Shown in pieces: positions 37,438-46,952 of a stretch of DNA of 64,000 bases. Under the pieces are notes generated by a model. It did not search any database. It was not told where the DNA came from and saw nothing but the letters and a program-made list of their open reading frames with translations. The stretch comes from Candidatus Micrarchaeia archaeon (lineage in GTDB: Archaea > Micrarchaeota > Micrarchaeia > Anstonellales > VGKX01), in the NCBI GenBank assembly GCA_041650395.1, contig JBAZLG010000003.1, forward strand, positions 310,917 through 374,916. Reading direction: 5' to 3'. The translations under genes were made by a program, and so were the position numbers. Position 1 is the stretch's first letter. Each line of letters starts with the position of its first letter.

Positions 37438-38466
37438 ATGGACTTGACTATTGCAGGCTATCTTGCAGGGCTTGGGATTCTCTCCCTCATTGCCGGCAAG
37501 GCGCTTGGCCCCGTCCTCATAGCGATAATACAGCATTTCACCGCAAGGACCAAGACTACCCTTGACGACAGGATATTCAAGGAGATATCCGGCCCCATAC
37601 AGTCCTTTTTCTTCGTATTCGTCTTTGTCATGGGCACGCACTACCTAGGCGTGTTCAATGACGCGGCGCGGGTAATCGACGATTACACGACCTCAATCGC
37701 CATAATTCTTGTGACCTACCTCCTTGTCAACGTGGCAAAGGCGTTTTTCGAGTGGTACGAGGAGGAGGGCATAAAGGACAGCAGGATAAAGCTGGACGTC
37801 ACCTTCCTGCCCCTTGTGAGGAAGATAGCGCAGATATTCATCGCAATAATCGGCCTTGCAATGGCATTGGCGCAGGTGGGCTTTGACGTCACGGGCATAC
37901 TGGCGGTGACAAGCGTCGCAAGCGTAGTGGTCGGCCTTGCGGCGCAGGAGACGCTTGGCAACATTTTCGCTGGCATGGCCCTGCAGCTCGACAGGCCATA
38001 TTATTACGGCGACTACGTGAAGCTCTCTTCAGGAGAGCTTGTCAGGCTGAAAAAAATAGGCATCAGGACCACGAGGCTTGCCGACATGGCGGGAAACACC
38101 ATAGTGGCGACGAACTCCGAATTCGCGAAACAGCGCGTCACCAGGCTCACGAAGGGCGCGAAAATCGCCTCGCTTGCTGTCCCGTTCGAGGCGCCCTGCG
38201 AAATATCTCCTGAAAGCCTGGAAAAGAGGATAAGGGAGGGGCTGACGCTTGGCCGGTTCGGGATTGACGACATGGGTTCTGTGCGGATTTACGTATCCAA
38301 GGTCAAGGCGCTTGGCTGGTACGAGGCGAACCTCATAGTCCATACGAAGGAGCCAGAACAGCTCGCGCTGTTTGCCGATTACGCGAACAGGATTATTTTC
38401 GAAATGATGGAAAAGGCCAGGCAGGGAAGCGGCGCAGCCAAGGGAGCAGGAAGGAAGAAAAGATAA
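37438..38466 (+). CDS. MscS-family mechanosensitive channel
   Basis: N-terminal TM helices followed by the MscS core VGLAAQETLGNIFAGMALQLDRPYYYGDYV. Confidence 0.85.
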   Translation: MDLTIAGYLAGLGILSLIAGKALGPVLIAIIQHFTARTKTTLDDRIFKEISGPIQSFFFVFVFVMGTHYLGVFNDAARVIDDYTTSIAIILVTYLLVNVAKAFFEWYEEEGIKDSRIKLDVTFLPLVRKIAQIFIAIIGLAMALAQVGFDVTGILAVTSVASVVVGLAAQETLGNIFAGMALQLDRPYYYGDYVKLSSGELVRLKKIGIRTTRLADMAGNTIVATNSEFAKQRVTRLTKGAKIASLAVPFEAPCEISPESLEKRIREGLTLGRFGIDDMGSVRIYVSKVKALGWYEANLIVHTKEPEQLALFADYANRIIFEMMEKARQGSGAAKGAGRKKR

Positions 38467-38493
38467 AAACAGGGAAATGCGGCAATCGGCCGC

Positions 38494-40644
38494 CTACTTG
38501 CAGAGATATACATAACCAGAAACAGTCGCCTGCCCGGAACAGCAATAGCTCTGGCTTGTGGCTGTCTTGCCCGCGGGAACGCAGCATTTCTTGTTGGAGC
38601 ATACAAGGCCGCTCTGGCAATCCGAGGATACAGAGCACGGGCCAAGGACGCTTGACTGGGGGCATGCCGTAGTCTGGGCTCTCCCGGAGCAGCAGTAATA
38701 GGGCGGATTATAAAGGTTAGGCGGGTTCCCGCAATAGCACATGCTGGTAATCTTGCCCTGGCCGCATTCCCTGTAGCACTGGTGCATGCCAACCCAGCAA
38801 TGGTATGTGGACGAGCAGTAGGCATAGCCGTCGCACATGCAGCTTGTCCCCCACGAGCCGCACTTGGCAGTGCACTTGGCGGTGGATGTTGAATAATAGG
38901 TAGTGCCTGTGCAGTATGCCTTTGCGGAGTCGAGGCAGTTCTGCTGCCCGTCCGAAGTGCACAATGGCACGCACTTCTTTGTGGCCGAATAGTAATACTT
39001 GCTTCCACTGCAAAGCGTATTGGAAGAGTCAAGGCAGTTTTGCTGGAGATTGGCCGTGCACTGCTGGGTGCAGGCGCTGTATTGGAGAACACCATTGCAG
39101 CAATAGCCTGAAACAGCAAGAGTGCCGCCGCAGTTGCAGCCTGTTGATACTACTGCGGCGTTGTTGGTGCATGAGGGCGCGCACACGTTGGTGAAGCAGT
39201 ACTGGCTTGTGCTGCAAACCGGCCCGTTGCCGCACTTGCACGTGCCCAGCTGGGCATTTGCACAGCATTGGGAAGTGGAATATGTATTCAGGCAGCAATA
39301 GCCTGAAGTCTTAAGCGAGCCTCCGCACAGGCAGCCTGATGAAGGTATGGCCCCTCCGGAGCACGCCACGGCGCACGTTGCCGACTGATGGGTGCCTGAA
39401 CAGCAAAAGCCGCTTGAATATATGCCGCTGCCGCACTTGCACGCGGAGGTTATGGAACCCTCGGAGCAGGAAGGGACGCATGTGTTCCCTGCGAGATAAC
39501 AATACTGGCTTGTGGTGCACACAGCGCCAGTCCCGCACTTGCATGAGCCCTGCTGCCCGTCAGTGCAGGCGACAGAGCATGCGCCGGACTGGCACGTGCC
39601 GCCATAACAGCAATACCTGCCTGTGGAGGAGGTGCAGACAGGGCCGGAAGTGCCGCACTTGCAGTCAAATACATTCAAGCCAGAGGCGCACTGGTCGTAA
39701 CAGCCGTTTACATCATAATGCCCGTCTGCGCAGCAGTAGCCGGAAGTCCTTGCCATTCCGCTGCACTTGCACTGCGAAGTTATCGGGCTGGTGTCGCTCC
39801 ATGCGCAGTCGGAAATGCAGGAGGCAGAACACGTGCCGTCAGTGCAGCACTTGCTTGAAGGCGAGCAGAGTGTGGAGGATGGGCCGCACTTGCACGTGGC
39901 ACTGACAGGGTTGTTGTTATTAGGCGTGCACGCCTGGGCGCAGGATGAGGAACATGACCCATCGGTACAGCACATGAGGCCTGCAGAGCAGACCTGATTG
40001 CCATTGCACCTGCACTGCTGGCTGGAGACAGAGCCTGTGGAGCACGCGGGGTAACAGTCGGACTTGCACGTGTTGTCGGAACAGCAATACTGCCCCGGGG
40101 AGCAGGTGCTTGAAGTCCCGCAAATGCAGGCCTGGCTGGCCTGCTGGCCTACGCCGCACTGCGAATATGCGGGGCAGGAAGTGCCCGAAGGCACGCACGC
40201 GCCATTGGAACAGCATGTCTGGCCTGAAGGGCATGTGCCAGTGCCGCCAACACTGCACGTGTTTGGAGGCGGATTGATTATTGATGATACCCAGCCGGAG
40301 CTGGAGCATGATACTGAAGTTCCTGCGAGCGTGGAGAGGAAGGGGGGCGCTACCGCGACCGTAGCCGCCGAGACAAGCGAGCCTGCCAGAAGGGTTGCAG
40401 CCCACACAGCGGCGCGCGCGCGCATTTCAGAGCCGGAGAACTGCCCGAACGCGTAGACGAGGCCGGACGAGATTGCGCCGATAAGGGAAACTATAGGAAG
40501 TACGGAAACAAGAGAGCCGCAAAGGTTTGAAGCAGTGGAATACAAAGTGTCGGTTTGCGAATATGCCAAGCCTGCGGCAATGGCCCAAACGAGCGCTAAA
40601 AACGAAATGCCCAAGAGGAAATCCCTGGCTTGAGAATGTCCCAT
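38494..40644 (-). CDS. Cysteine-rich (about 13% Cys) membrane-anchored surface protein, paralog A (716 aa)
   Basis: N-terminal 3 hydrophobic helices (FLLGISFLALVWAIAAG; LVSVLPIVSLIGAISSGLVYAFG; AAVWAATLLAGSLVSA). These are followed by about 600 aa of tandem CxxxxC/QYCCSDxTCxxxC knottin-like modules. Confidence 0.7.
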   Translation of the reverse strand: MGHSQARDFLLGISFLALVWAIAAGLAYSQTDTLYSTASNLCGSLVSVLPIVSLIGAISSGLVYAFGQFSGSEMRARAAVWAATLLAGSLVSAATVAVAPPFLSTLAGTSVSCSSSGWVSSIINPPPNTCSVGGTGTCPSGQTCCSNGACVPSGTSCPAYSQCGVGQQASQACICGTSSTCSPGQYCCSDNTCKSDCYPACSTGSVSSQQCRCNGNQVCSAGLMCCTDGSCSSSCAQACTPNNNNPVSATCKCGPSSTLCSPSSKCCTDGTCSASCISDCAWSDTSPITSQCKCSGMARTSGYCCADGHYDVNGCYDQCASGLNVFDCKCGTSGPVCTSSTGRYCCYGGTCQSGACSVACTDGQQGSCKCGTGAVCTTSQYCYLAGNTCVPSCSEGSITSACKCGSGIYSSGFCCSGTHQSATCAVACSGGAIPSSGCLCGGSLKTSGYCCLNTYSTSQCCANAQLGTCKCGNGPVCSTSQYCFTNVCAPSCTNNAAVVSTGCNCGGTLAVSGYCCNGVLQYSACTQQCTANLQQNCLDSSNTLCSGSKYYYSATKKCVPLCTSDGQQNCLDSAKAYCTGTTYYSTSTAKCTAKCGSWGTSCMCDGYAYCSSTYHCWVGMHQCYRECGQGKITSMCYCGNPPNLYNPPYYCCSGRAQTTACPQSSVLGPCSVSSDCQSGLVCSNKKCCVPAGKTATSQSYCCSGQATVSGYVYLCK
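39300..39790. repeat. Near-identical DNA block shared with 41362-41852 (offset 2062 bp) inside the paralogous Cys-rich genes. A second block, about 40366-40545 vs 42452-42631 (N-terminal anchors), is also near-identical
   Basis: Antisense ORF translations are identical or nearly so (39450..39674 vs 41374..41736; 39311..39544 vs the start of 40692..41606). Direct comparison shows 130 bp from 40379 vs 42464 differing at 2 positions. Confidence 0.75.
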
Positions 40645-40729
40645 ATATAATCCAGGGGATATTTGGCTGCAGTATATTTAATCCTGAGCAATTAGGGAAG
40701 CCGCCGGCATGATTGGAAAAAGGGCTTGC

Positions 40730-42730
40730 TCAAACGCAAACGTAATGCCCGCCGCTTTTCCTGCAAGAGTAGCCGGAGCAGCACTGCGAAGTGGAACTGC
40801 ACAGCATGCCATAGCCTATGCAGCAGTGATTGCTCTTGCACGCGAGGCCAGAACAGCAGGTATAGCCGGAAGTGCCCCCGCAGTAAGAGTTCTGAGTTGC
40901 GCATGAATAGGACGACTGCCACGTGCTTCCCTGGTTGTAGCAGTAGCCATAGGTCCTGATTGCGCCTGCGCAGTAGCACGCGCTTGTAATTTGCCCGTTG
41001 GGGCATTTGCCAACGCACTTGGAAGTGCCGGTGTAATAGTAATATGGCACACTGCTGTAACAGACATTGCCCGCGGTATCCACGCAGTTTTGCTGGAGGT
41101 TGGTTGTGCAGAGGTTGTAGCAGTTGGTTGCCTGCGGCACGCTGTTGCAGCAGTAACCCGAAGTGACAATTGTGGAACCGCACTTGCAGATGCTTGTGAC
41201 GGCCGCATTGTTGGTGCAGGCCGGGGCCACGCGGCAGTTGTAGCCGCCCACATAGTCGCAATAGCCATTTGAATTGCACAGGGTCTGGCCGCACTGGCAA
41301 TAACCCTGCTGGTTTTGTGCGCAGCACGAATACGTTGCCGAGTAGGTGCCCGAACAACAGTATCCTGACGTCTTTAGCACTCCATTGCACAGGCAGCCGG
41401 AAGAAGGTATGGCCCCTTCGGAGCACGCCACGGCGCACGTTGCCGACTGATGCGTGCCTGAACAGCAAAAGCCGCTTGAATATATGCCGCTGCCGCACTT
41501 GCACGCGGAGGAGATGGAACCCTCGGAGCAGGAAGGGACGCAGGTGTTCCCTGCGAGATAACAATACTGGCTTGTGGTGCACACAGCGCCAGTCCCGCAC
41601 TTGCATGAGCCCTGCTGCCCGTCAGTGCAGGCGACAGAGCATGCGCCGGACTGGCACGTGCCGCCATAACAGCAATACCTGCCTGTGGAGGAGGTGCAGA
41701 CAGGGCCGGAAGTGCCGCACTTGCAGTCAAATACATTGAACCCGGAAGCGCACTGGTCGTAACAGCCAGTTACATCATAATGCCCGTCGGCGCAGCAGTA
41801 GCCGGAAGTCCTTGCCATTCCGCCGCACTTGCATTGCGAAGTTATCGGGCTGGTGTCGCTGTGTGCGCAGTCAGGGACGCAGGATGAGCCGCAAGTGCCG
41901 TCAGAGCAGCAATACTGGCTCGGATAACAGATGCTTGCCGAAGGCCCGCAGGTGCATTCTGCCGCAAGCGGGGCAGTGTTGCTTTGCGGGCACGAGCAAA
42001 ATATCTTGCACGTGCCATCTGAACAGCACGTCAAGCCGGAGGAGCAGACCTGGTTGCCATTGCACCTGCACTGCTGGCTGGAGACAGAGCCTGTGGAGCA
42101 GGCAGGGTAACAGTCGGACTTGCACGTGTTGTCGGAACAGCAATACTGCCCCGGGGAGCAGGTGTTGGAAGTCCCGCAAATGCAGGTCTGGCTGGCCTGC
42201 TGGCCTACGCCGCACTGCGAATAGGACGGGCAGGAAGCGGTCGGGGCCACGCATGCCCCGCTCGAACAGCATTTCTGCCCAGCGCCGCACGCGCCCGCGC
42301 CCTGGCACGAGCATTGGGCGCTTGCTGTTGCGCCCGGGGTGCAGGCAGGGAGGCTGTTAAGGTCGAAAAACCAGCTCGGGCCCGAACCCTGGCAGCTCAC
42401 TTCAGAGCCAAGCATTGTCGAAAGCACAGGAGGCGCCACGGCCACTGCAATCGCCGAGACAAGCGAGCCTGCCAGAAGGGTTGCAGCCCACACAGCGGCG
42501 CGCGCGCGCATTTCAGAGCCGGAAAACTGCCCGAAAGCGTAGACGAGGCCGGACGAGATTGCGCCGATAAGGGAAACTATAGGAAGTACGGAAACCAGCG
42601 AGCCGCAAAGGTTTGAAGCAGTGGAATACAAGGGGTCGTTTTGGGAATAGGAAAGCCCGGCTATGGCAATCCATGCAATCATGAAAAACAAAGCCGCAAA
42701 AAGGAAGTCCCGTGATTGAGATATGCCCAT
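40730..42730 (-). CDS. Cysteine-rich membrane-anchored surface protein, paralog B (start at internal MGISQSRDF)
   Basis: The N-terminus is collinear with paralog A from MGISQSRDF; the ORF track start at 42796 adds 22 non-conserved residues. The same Cys module organisation is present. Confidence 0.7.
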   Translation of the reverse strand: MGISQSRDFLFAALFFMIAWIAIAGLSYSQNDPLYSTASNLCGSLVSVLPIVSLIGAISSGLVYAFGQFSGSEMRARAAVWAATLLAGSLVSAIAVAVAPPVLSTMLGSEVSCQGSGPSWFFDLNSLPACTPGATASAQCSCQGAGACGAGQKCCSSGACVAPTASCPSYSQCGVGQQASQTCICGTSNTCSPGQYCCSDNTCKSDCYPACSTGSVSSQQCRCNGNQVCSSGLTCCSDGTCKIFCSCPQSNTAPLAAECTCGPSASICYPSQYCCSDGTCGSSCVPDCAHSDTSPITSQCKCGGMARTSGYCCADGHYDVTGCYDQCASGFNVFDCKCGTSGPVCTSSTGRYCCYGGTCQSGACSVACTDGQQGSCKCGTGAVCTTSQYCYLAGNTCVPSCSEGSISSACKCGSGIYSSGFCCSGTHQSATCAVACSEGAIPSSGCLCNGVLKTSGYCCSGTYSATYSCCAQNQQGYCQCGQTLCNSNGYCDYVGGYNCRVAPACTNNAAVTSICKCGSTIVTSGYCCNSVPQATNCYNLCTTNLQQNCVDTAGNVCYSSVPYYYYTGTSKCVGKCPNGQITSACYCAGAIRTYGYCYNQGSTWQSSYSCATQNSYCGGTSGYTCCSGLACKSNHCCIGYGMLCSSTSQCCSGYSCRKSGGHYVCV

Positions 42731-42926
42731 GCTATCGGAATCAATATCCCCGCCCGGATATTTAAACTTGCGGTAGGTGCGGGCCCCGACGGGCATGGCA
42801 GGAGGATTAGGAAGGGAAAGCAGGCAGGGCGCCTCGTAGCGCGGGCTACAATATAATTATAAATCATATTAATTATACTTATTTTATGTCCCATGCCCAG
42901 GCATGGGAAAAAGCGTGGGGGATTTT

Positions 42927-43079
42927 ATGTCTATAGTAGAGTTCGGCGAATACAAGGGCAACAAGCTCATAAAGCTCAAAAGGGACGAGAACGACCAATA
43001 CCCGTTCAGCTTCGGCAAGTCAAAGGCAAAGCTCATTGTCGAGAACTTTGAGGAAATAAAGAAATTCGCAGAGGAATAA
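42927..43079 (+). CDS. Small ORF (50 aa) not in the ORF track; possible PC4/YdbC-like ssDNA-binding protein
   Basis: MSIVEFGEYKGNKLIKLKRDENDQYPFSFGKSKAKLIVENFEEIKKFAEE. The pattern xxFxxYKGxxLIxLRxxxxxxxPxSFGKxKAKLIxEN resembles bacterial/archaeal PC4-like proteins. An AT-rich promoter region lies upstream (42849-42886). Confidence 0.3.
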   Translation: MSIVEFGEYKGNKLIKLKRDENDQYPFSFGKSKAKLIVENFEEIKKFAEE

Positions 43080-43133
43080 GAGAGGCTCGCGCCTCCATTC
43101 CCGGCATTGGCCCTTGGATAAAAACGTGGAACA

Positions 43134-44258
43134 TTGGCTGACGCAGGCATAATATCAATAGGCAACTTCGACCCTTCGAGGCTGTTGCCCTTCATTTTCG
43201 CCGCGATAGTGGCGTATTCCCTCGCAAAGGCGCTAAATTATTCCATAAAAATATTGGCAAAAAGGATAGCGGGCAAGACCAAAACCATACTGGACGACCT
43301 TATCCTGAACGCCATAGACAATCCCCTGACAATCGGCCTGACAGGATTGAGCATATACATAGCCGCGGTGTTCTCCGGCATAGACGGCCTGCCGGTTTTC
43401 CAGTTCGTATCGAGGGAATTCCTAATCCTGCTTGCGGCCTACACCCTGTACAACCTCTTTTGCGCAACCCTGCGCTGGTACGTGGCGGAGGTCGCGCCAA
43501 AGCGCAATCCCGGCATTGCCGAGATGGAAACGACAATCAGGCGGATTGCCGGCATATTCATAGTTTCAGCCGCAATAATCATGATACTCACTGCGGCCGG
43601 CATCGAGGTCAGCCCCCTGCTCGCGTCATTTGGCATTGCGGGCCTGGCTGTCGCGCTGGCGTTCCAGGACACGCTTGGCAATTTCTTCGCGGGCATATAC
43701 ATTTCACTTGACAGGCCCATAAAGGACGGGGATTACATACAGCTTGAGACAGGTCAGGAGGGATATGTGGAGAAAATAGGCTGGAGGAGCGCGAAAATCA
43801 GGCTTATCACCAACAACACGGTGATTGTCCCGAACTCAAAGCTGGCCTCGAGCATACTGACAAATTTCTACGCGCCCGACAAGACGCTGACCATACTGAT
43901 TCCCTGCTCGGTAAGCTATGCCACAGACCTGAAAAAGGCGAAAAAAGTCGCTATCGAGGCAATGAAGAGGCTGCAAAAGGCGGACAAGGCGATAGACAAG
44001 AAAACCGAGCCCATTGTCTGGTTCGAGCAGTTCGCCGATTCGGGCGTGACATTCAAGGCGTGGCTTGCCATAACAGAGTATTACGAGAAATACCGCGTCA
44101 CAAGCGAGGCGATAATCGCCATCCACGAGGCTTTCAGGAAAAACGGCATAGAGATACCGTATCCAAAGCGCGACGTTTACATCAGGCAGGCCCCGGGCGG
44201 GGCGGCCCTTCCAAGGCAGGGCTGGCATTTGTCTGAAAGCAAGGGCGCCAAACCCTGA
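43134..44258 (+). CDS. MscS-family mechanosensitive channel (second copy, diverged)
   Basis: TM helices followed by LAVALAFQDTLGNFFAGIYISLDRPIKDGDYIQL. The hairpin CCCGGC-gcaaaa-GCCGGG after the stop (44296-44316) is seen in sequence; a pyrimidine/T-rich stretch follows it. Confidence 0.85.
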   Translation: MADAGIISIGNFDPSRLLPFIFAAIVAYSLAKALNYSIKILAKRIAGKTKTILDDLILNAIDNPLTIGLTGLSIYIAAVFSGIDGLPVFQFVSREFLILLAAYTLYNLFCATLRWYVAEVAPKRNPGIAEMETTIRRIAGIFIVSAAIIMILTAAGIEVSPLLASFGIAGLAVALAFQDTLGNFFAGIYISLDRPIKDGDYIQLETGQEGYVEKIGWRSAKIRLITNNTVIVPNSKLASSILTNFYAPDKTLTILIPCSVSYATDLKKAKKVAIEAMKRLQKADKAIDKKTEPIVWFEQFADSGVTFKAWLAITEYYEKYRVTSEAIIAIHEAFRKNGIEIPYPKRDVYIRQAPGGAALPRQGWHLSESKGAKP

Positions 44259-44399
44259 AATGCCCGCTTTGCACTGCCACGCGGCTGCCGCGCCTTCCCG
44301 GCGCAAAAGCCGGGCCTGCCATTCTGCTTATTATTTTAAATTATAGCCGGCAATTCCTATACCCTGAAAAAGCAACGGGTTGTGGGGCGGAGAATCATA

Positions 44400-46943
44400 A
44401 TGCAACTAACTCCAGGCATGCGCCAGTACATGGAGGTCAAAGGCAAGCATCCGGACTGCCTAGTGCTATTCAGGATGGGCGACTTCTTCGAGACTTTTTA
44501 TGACGACGCGCGGACAGTCTCGCGCGAGCTTGACATAGTGCTCACGTCAAGGGGCAAGGACGAGAAAAAGGCGCCGCTTGCCGGGATACCGTTCCACGCG
44601 CTGGACAGCTACCTGGCAAAGCTTGTCAAAAAGGGCTACAAGGTGTGCATCGTAGAGCAGCTTGAGGACCCGAAGCTTGCAAAGGGGCTTGTGAAGAGGG
44701 GAGTGGTAAGGATAATCACCCCGGGCACGGTTGTCGAGGAGAACATACTTTCCAAGGATTCGAACAACTACATCTGCGCAGTGGCAAAGGACAAGGATAC
44801 CTACGGCATCGCGTTCGCGGACATATCTACAGGCGAATTCGTGGCGACCCAGGCGGAAGGCGAGGCCAAGCTGCTCTCGGAAATCGAGAAATTCAAGCCA
44901 ACGGAGGCCATAATACCCGCGGCGCTAGCCGACCATTCGATAGCGAAGTCCATCAGGGACAGGGGCGCGTTCGTGAATTCATTCGACGAGCGCCATTTCT
45001 GGGAGGACAGCGCCAAAAAGGAGCTGATGGGGCATTTCAATGTCTCGTTCCTGGACGGGTTCGGGCTTGCGGGGAAACCCGCGGCTGCCTGCGCAGCAGG
45101 CGCTCTGCTCGCCTACCTGAAAAAGCACCAGATGTCCCAAATCACGCACGTCAAGAAAGTGTCCTACTACTCTCCCGAAGGATTCATGCTTCTAGACTCG
45201 GCGACCATCAGGAACCTGGAGATTGTGAGGAACATCAGGGACGGCTCGAGCCAGGGAACGCTTTTTGAAATGCTTGACAGGACCAAAACGCCCATGGGCA
45301 CGCGCACGCTCAAGCGCTACCTACTCCAGCCGCTGATGGACATCAGGGAGATTGAAAAAAGGCACGACGCAGTCTCCGAACTCGCAGGCAACACTTTCGC
45401 AGCGGAGAAAATCAGGGAGGCGCTTTCCCGCTTCGGCGATTTGGAGAGGATAAACGCCCGCGTGTCGCTTGGGACCGCCTCCCCGCGCGACCTGGTGGGG
45501 CTCAAGGCGTCGCTTGCCGCGATACCCGCCCTCAAAAGGGAGGTGGCGCCGTTCAAGTCGGGGCTGCTTGCCCAGGCGGCCGGGATGCCGGGCATGGAGG
45601 AACTGCATTCACTTCTGGACTCGGCCATAAAGGACGAGCCCGCGGCAACCACTAGGGAGGGAAACATCATCAAGGAAGGCTATAACGGCCAGCTCGACGC
45701 GTTGAGGAAATCCGGGAGTTCCGCACGCGCGGAAATTGAAAAAATGGAGGAAGAAGAGAAGGCGCGCACGGGCATCAGGACGCTCAAGATAAAATTCAAC
45801 AGGGTTTTCGGCTATTTCATTGAAATTTCCAACTCATACCTCAAGCAGGTGCCGCCCGAATACCAGCGCAAGCAGACGCAGGCCAACAGCGAGAGGTTCA
45901 CCACGGATAGGCTAAAGCAGATAGAGACTGGCTATCTCGGCGCGCAGGAGAAAAGCATTGCCCTAGAATACGAGCTTTTCATGGAAGTGCTCGCAAAGGC
46001 AGCGCTAAATTCCGGGAAGATGCTCGAGGCTGCCGGGCAGATAGCCTCGATAGACTGCATGCTCTCCCTTGCACAGGCGGCGGCCGAAAACGGCTATGTC
46101 AGGCCTGCCATGTCGGAATCATACGCGATGTCGGTCGTGAACGGCAGGCACCCCGTGGTTGAGAGGATTGCGCCCGGGTTCGTGAAAAACGACTGCGCGT
46201 TTTCCGACGCGGAGAAAATGAAGATAATCACGGGCCCGAACATGGCTGGCAAATCCACATATCTGAGGCAGAACGCGCTTGCCATACTCATGGCGCAGGC
46301 GGGCAGCTTCGTCCCGGCGGACAGCGCCGCCATGGGCGTCGTGGACAGGATATTCTCGCGCGTGGGCGCGTATGACGACCTGTCCATGGGGCAGTCCACG
46401 TTCATGGTTGAAATGAGCGAGTGCGCGAACATACTCAACAATGCCACGGCAAGGTCCTTTGTCATACTCGACGAGGTAGGGAGGGGCACAAGCACGTACG
46501 ACGGATTCGCGCTTGCGACGGCCATTGCGGAGCACCTGTATTCGAAAATAGGCGCGAAGACCCTCTTCGCCACGCATTATCACCAGCTAAACGGCCTCGC
46601 AAAGTCTTTCCCGGGGATAAGGAACTACCACGCGCTTGTCAGCGAGGACAACGGCGAGATAACCTTCCTGAGGAAAATCGTGAAGGGCGGGACAGACAAG
46701 AGCTATGGCATACACGTGGCAAAGCTTGCGGGCGTCCCGGACGGCGTGATACGCCGCTCGCGCGAGGTCATGGCTAGGATAGAATCGGAAAACGGCGTGC
46801 CAAAGTCCGTCGAGTCGACCACCACCACGAAGTCAGACATTGAACTGCACGAGCCTGACACGGGCAAGAAAATCAAGATTCGCGAGGAAAAGACCGAGAC
46901 GAGGTACAAGGACAAGGGGCAAAAGACGCTAATGGACGCATGA
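44400..46943 (+). CDS. mutS: DNA mismatch repair protein MutS (bacterial MutS1 type)
   Basis: MQLTPGMRQYMEVKGKHPDCLVLFRMGDFFETFYDDA N-terminus. Walker A GPNMAGKSTYLRQ. ...STFMVEM..., DEVGRGTSTYDG. Start chosen at the ATG 18 nt inside the track ORF; a GGCGGAG SD-like motif lies upstream. Confidence 0.92.
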   Translation: MQLTPGMRQYMEVKGKHPDCLVLFRMGDFFETFYDDARTVSRELDIVLTSRGKDEKKAPLAGIPFHALDSYLAKLVKKGYKVCIVEQLEDPKLAKGLVKRGVVRIITPGTVVEENILSKDSNNYICAVAKDKDTYGIAFADISTGEFVATQAEGEAKLLSEIEKFKPTEAIIPAALADHSIAKSIRDRGAFVNSFDERHFWEDSAKKELMGHFNVSFLDGFGLAGKPAAACAAGALLAYLKKHQMSQITHVKKVSYYSPEGFMLLDSATIRNLEIVRNIRDGSSQGTLFEMLDRTKTPMGTRTLKRYLLQPLMDIREIEKRHDAVSELAGNTFAAEKIREALSRFGDLERINARVSLGTASPRDLVGLKASLAAIPALKREVAPFKSGLLAQAAGMPGMEELHSLLDSAIKDEPAATTREGNIIKEGYNGQLDALRKSGSSARAEIEKMEEEEKARTGIRTLKIKFNRVFGYFIEISNSYLKQVPPEYQRKQTQANSERFTTDRLKQIETGYLGAQEKSIALEYELFMEVLAKAALNSGKMLEAAGQIASIDCMLSLAQAAAENGYVRPAMSESYAMSVVNGRHPVVERIAPGFVKNDCAFSDAEKMKIITGPNMAGKSTYLRQNALAILMAQAGSFVPADSAAMGVVDRIFSRVGAYDDLSMGQSTFMVEMSECANILNNATARSFVILDEVGRGTSTYDGFALATAIAEHLYSKIGAKTLFATHYHQLNGLAKSFPGIRNYHALVSEDNGEITFLRKIVKGGTDKSYGIHVAKLAGVPDGVIRRSREVMARIESENGVPKSVESTTTTKSDIELHEPDTGKKIKIREEKTETRYKDKGQKTLMDA

Positions 46944-46952
46944 GGGCAGGGT

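Noticed and set aside
38379-39119. Alternative-frame ORFs (246 aa at 38379..39119; 304 aa at 40692..41606) within the Cys-rich genes
   Set aside because: They share coordinates and strand with the 716- and 688-aa Cys-rich ORFs but in shifted frames. They encode Arg/Gln/Leu-rich sequences, whereas the chosen frames give coherent Cys-module proteins with signal-anchor N-termini.
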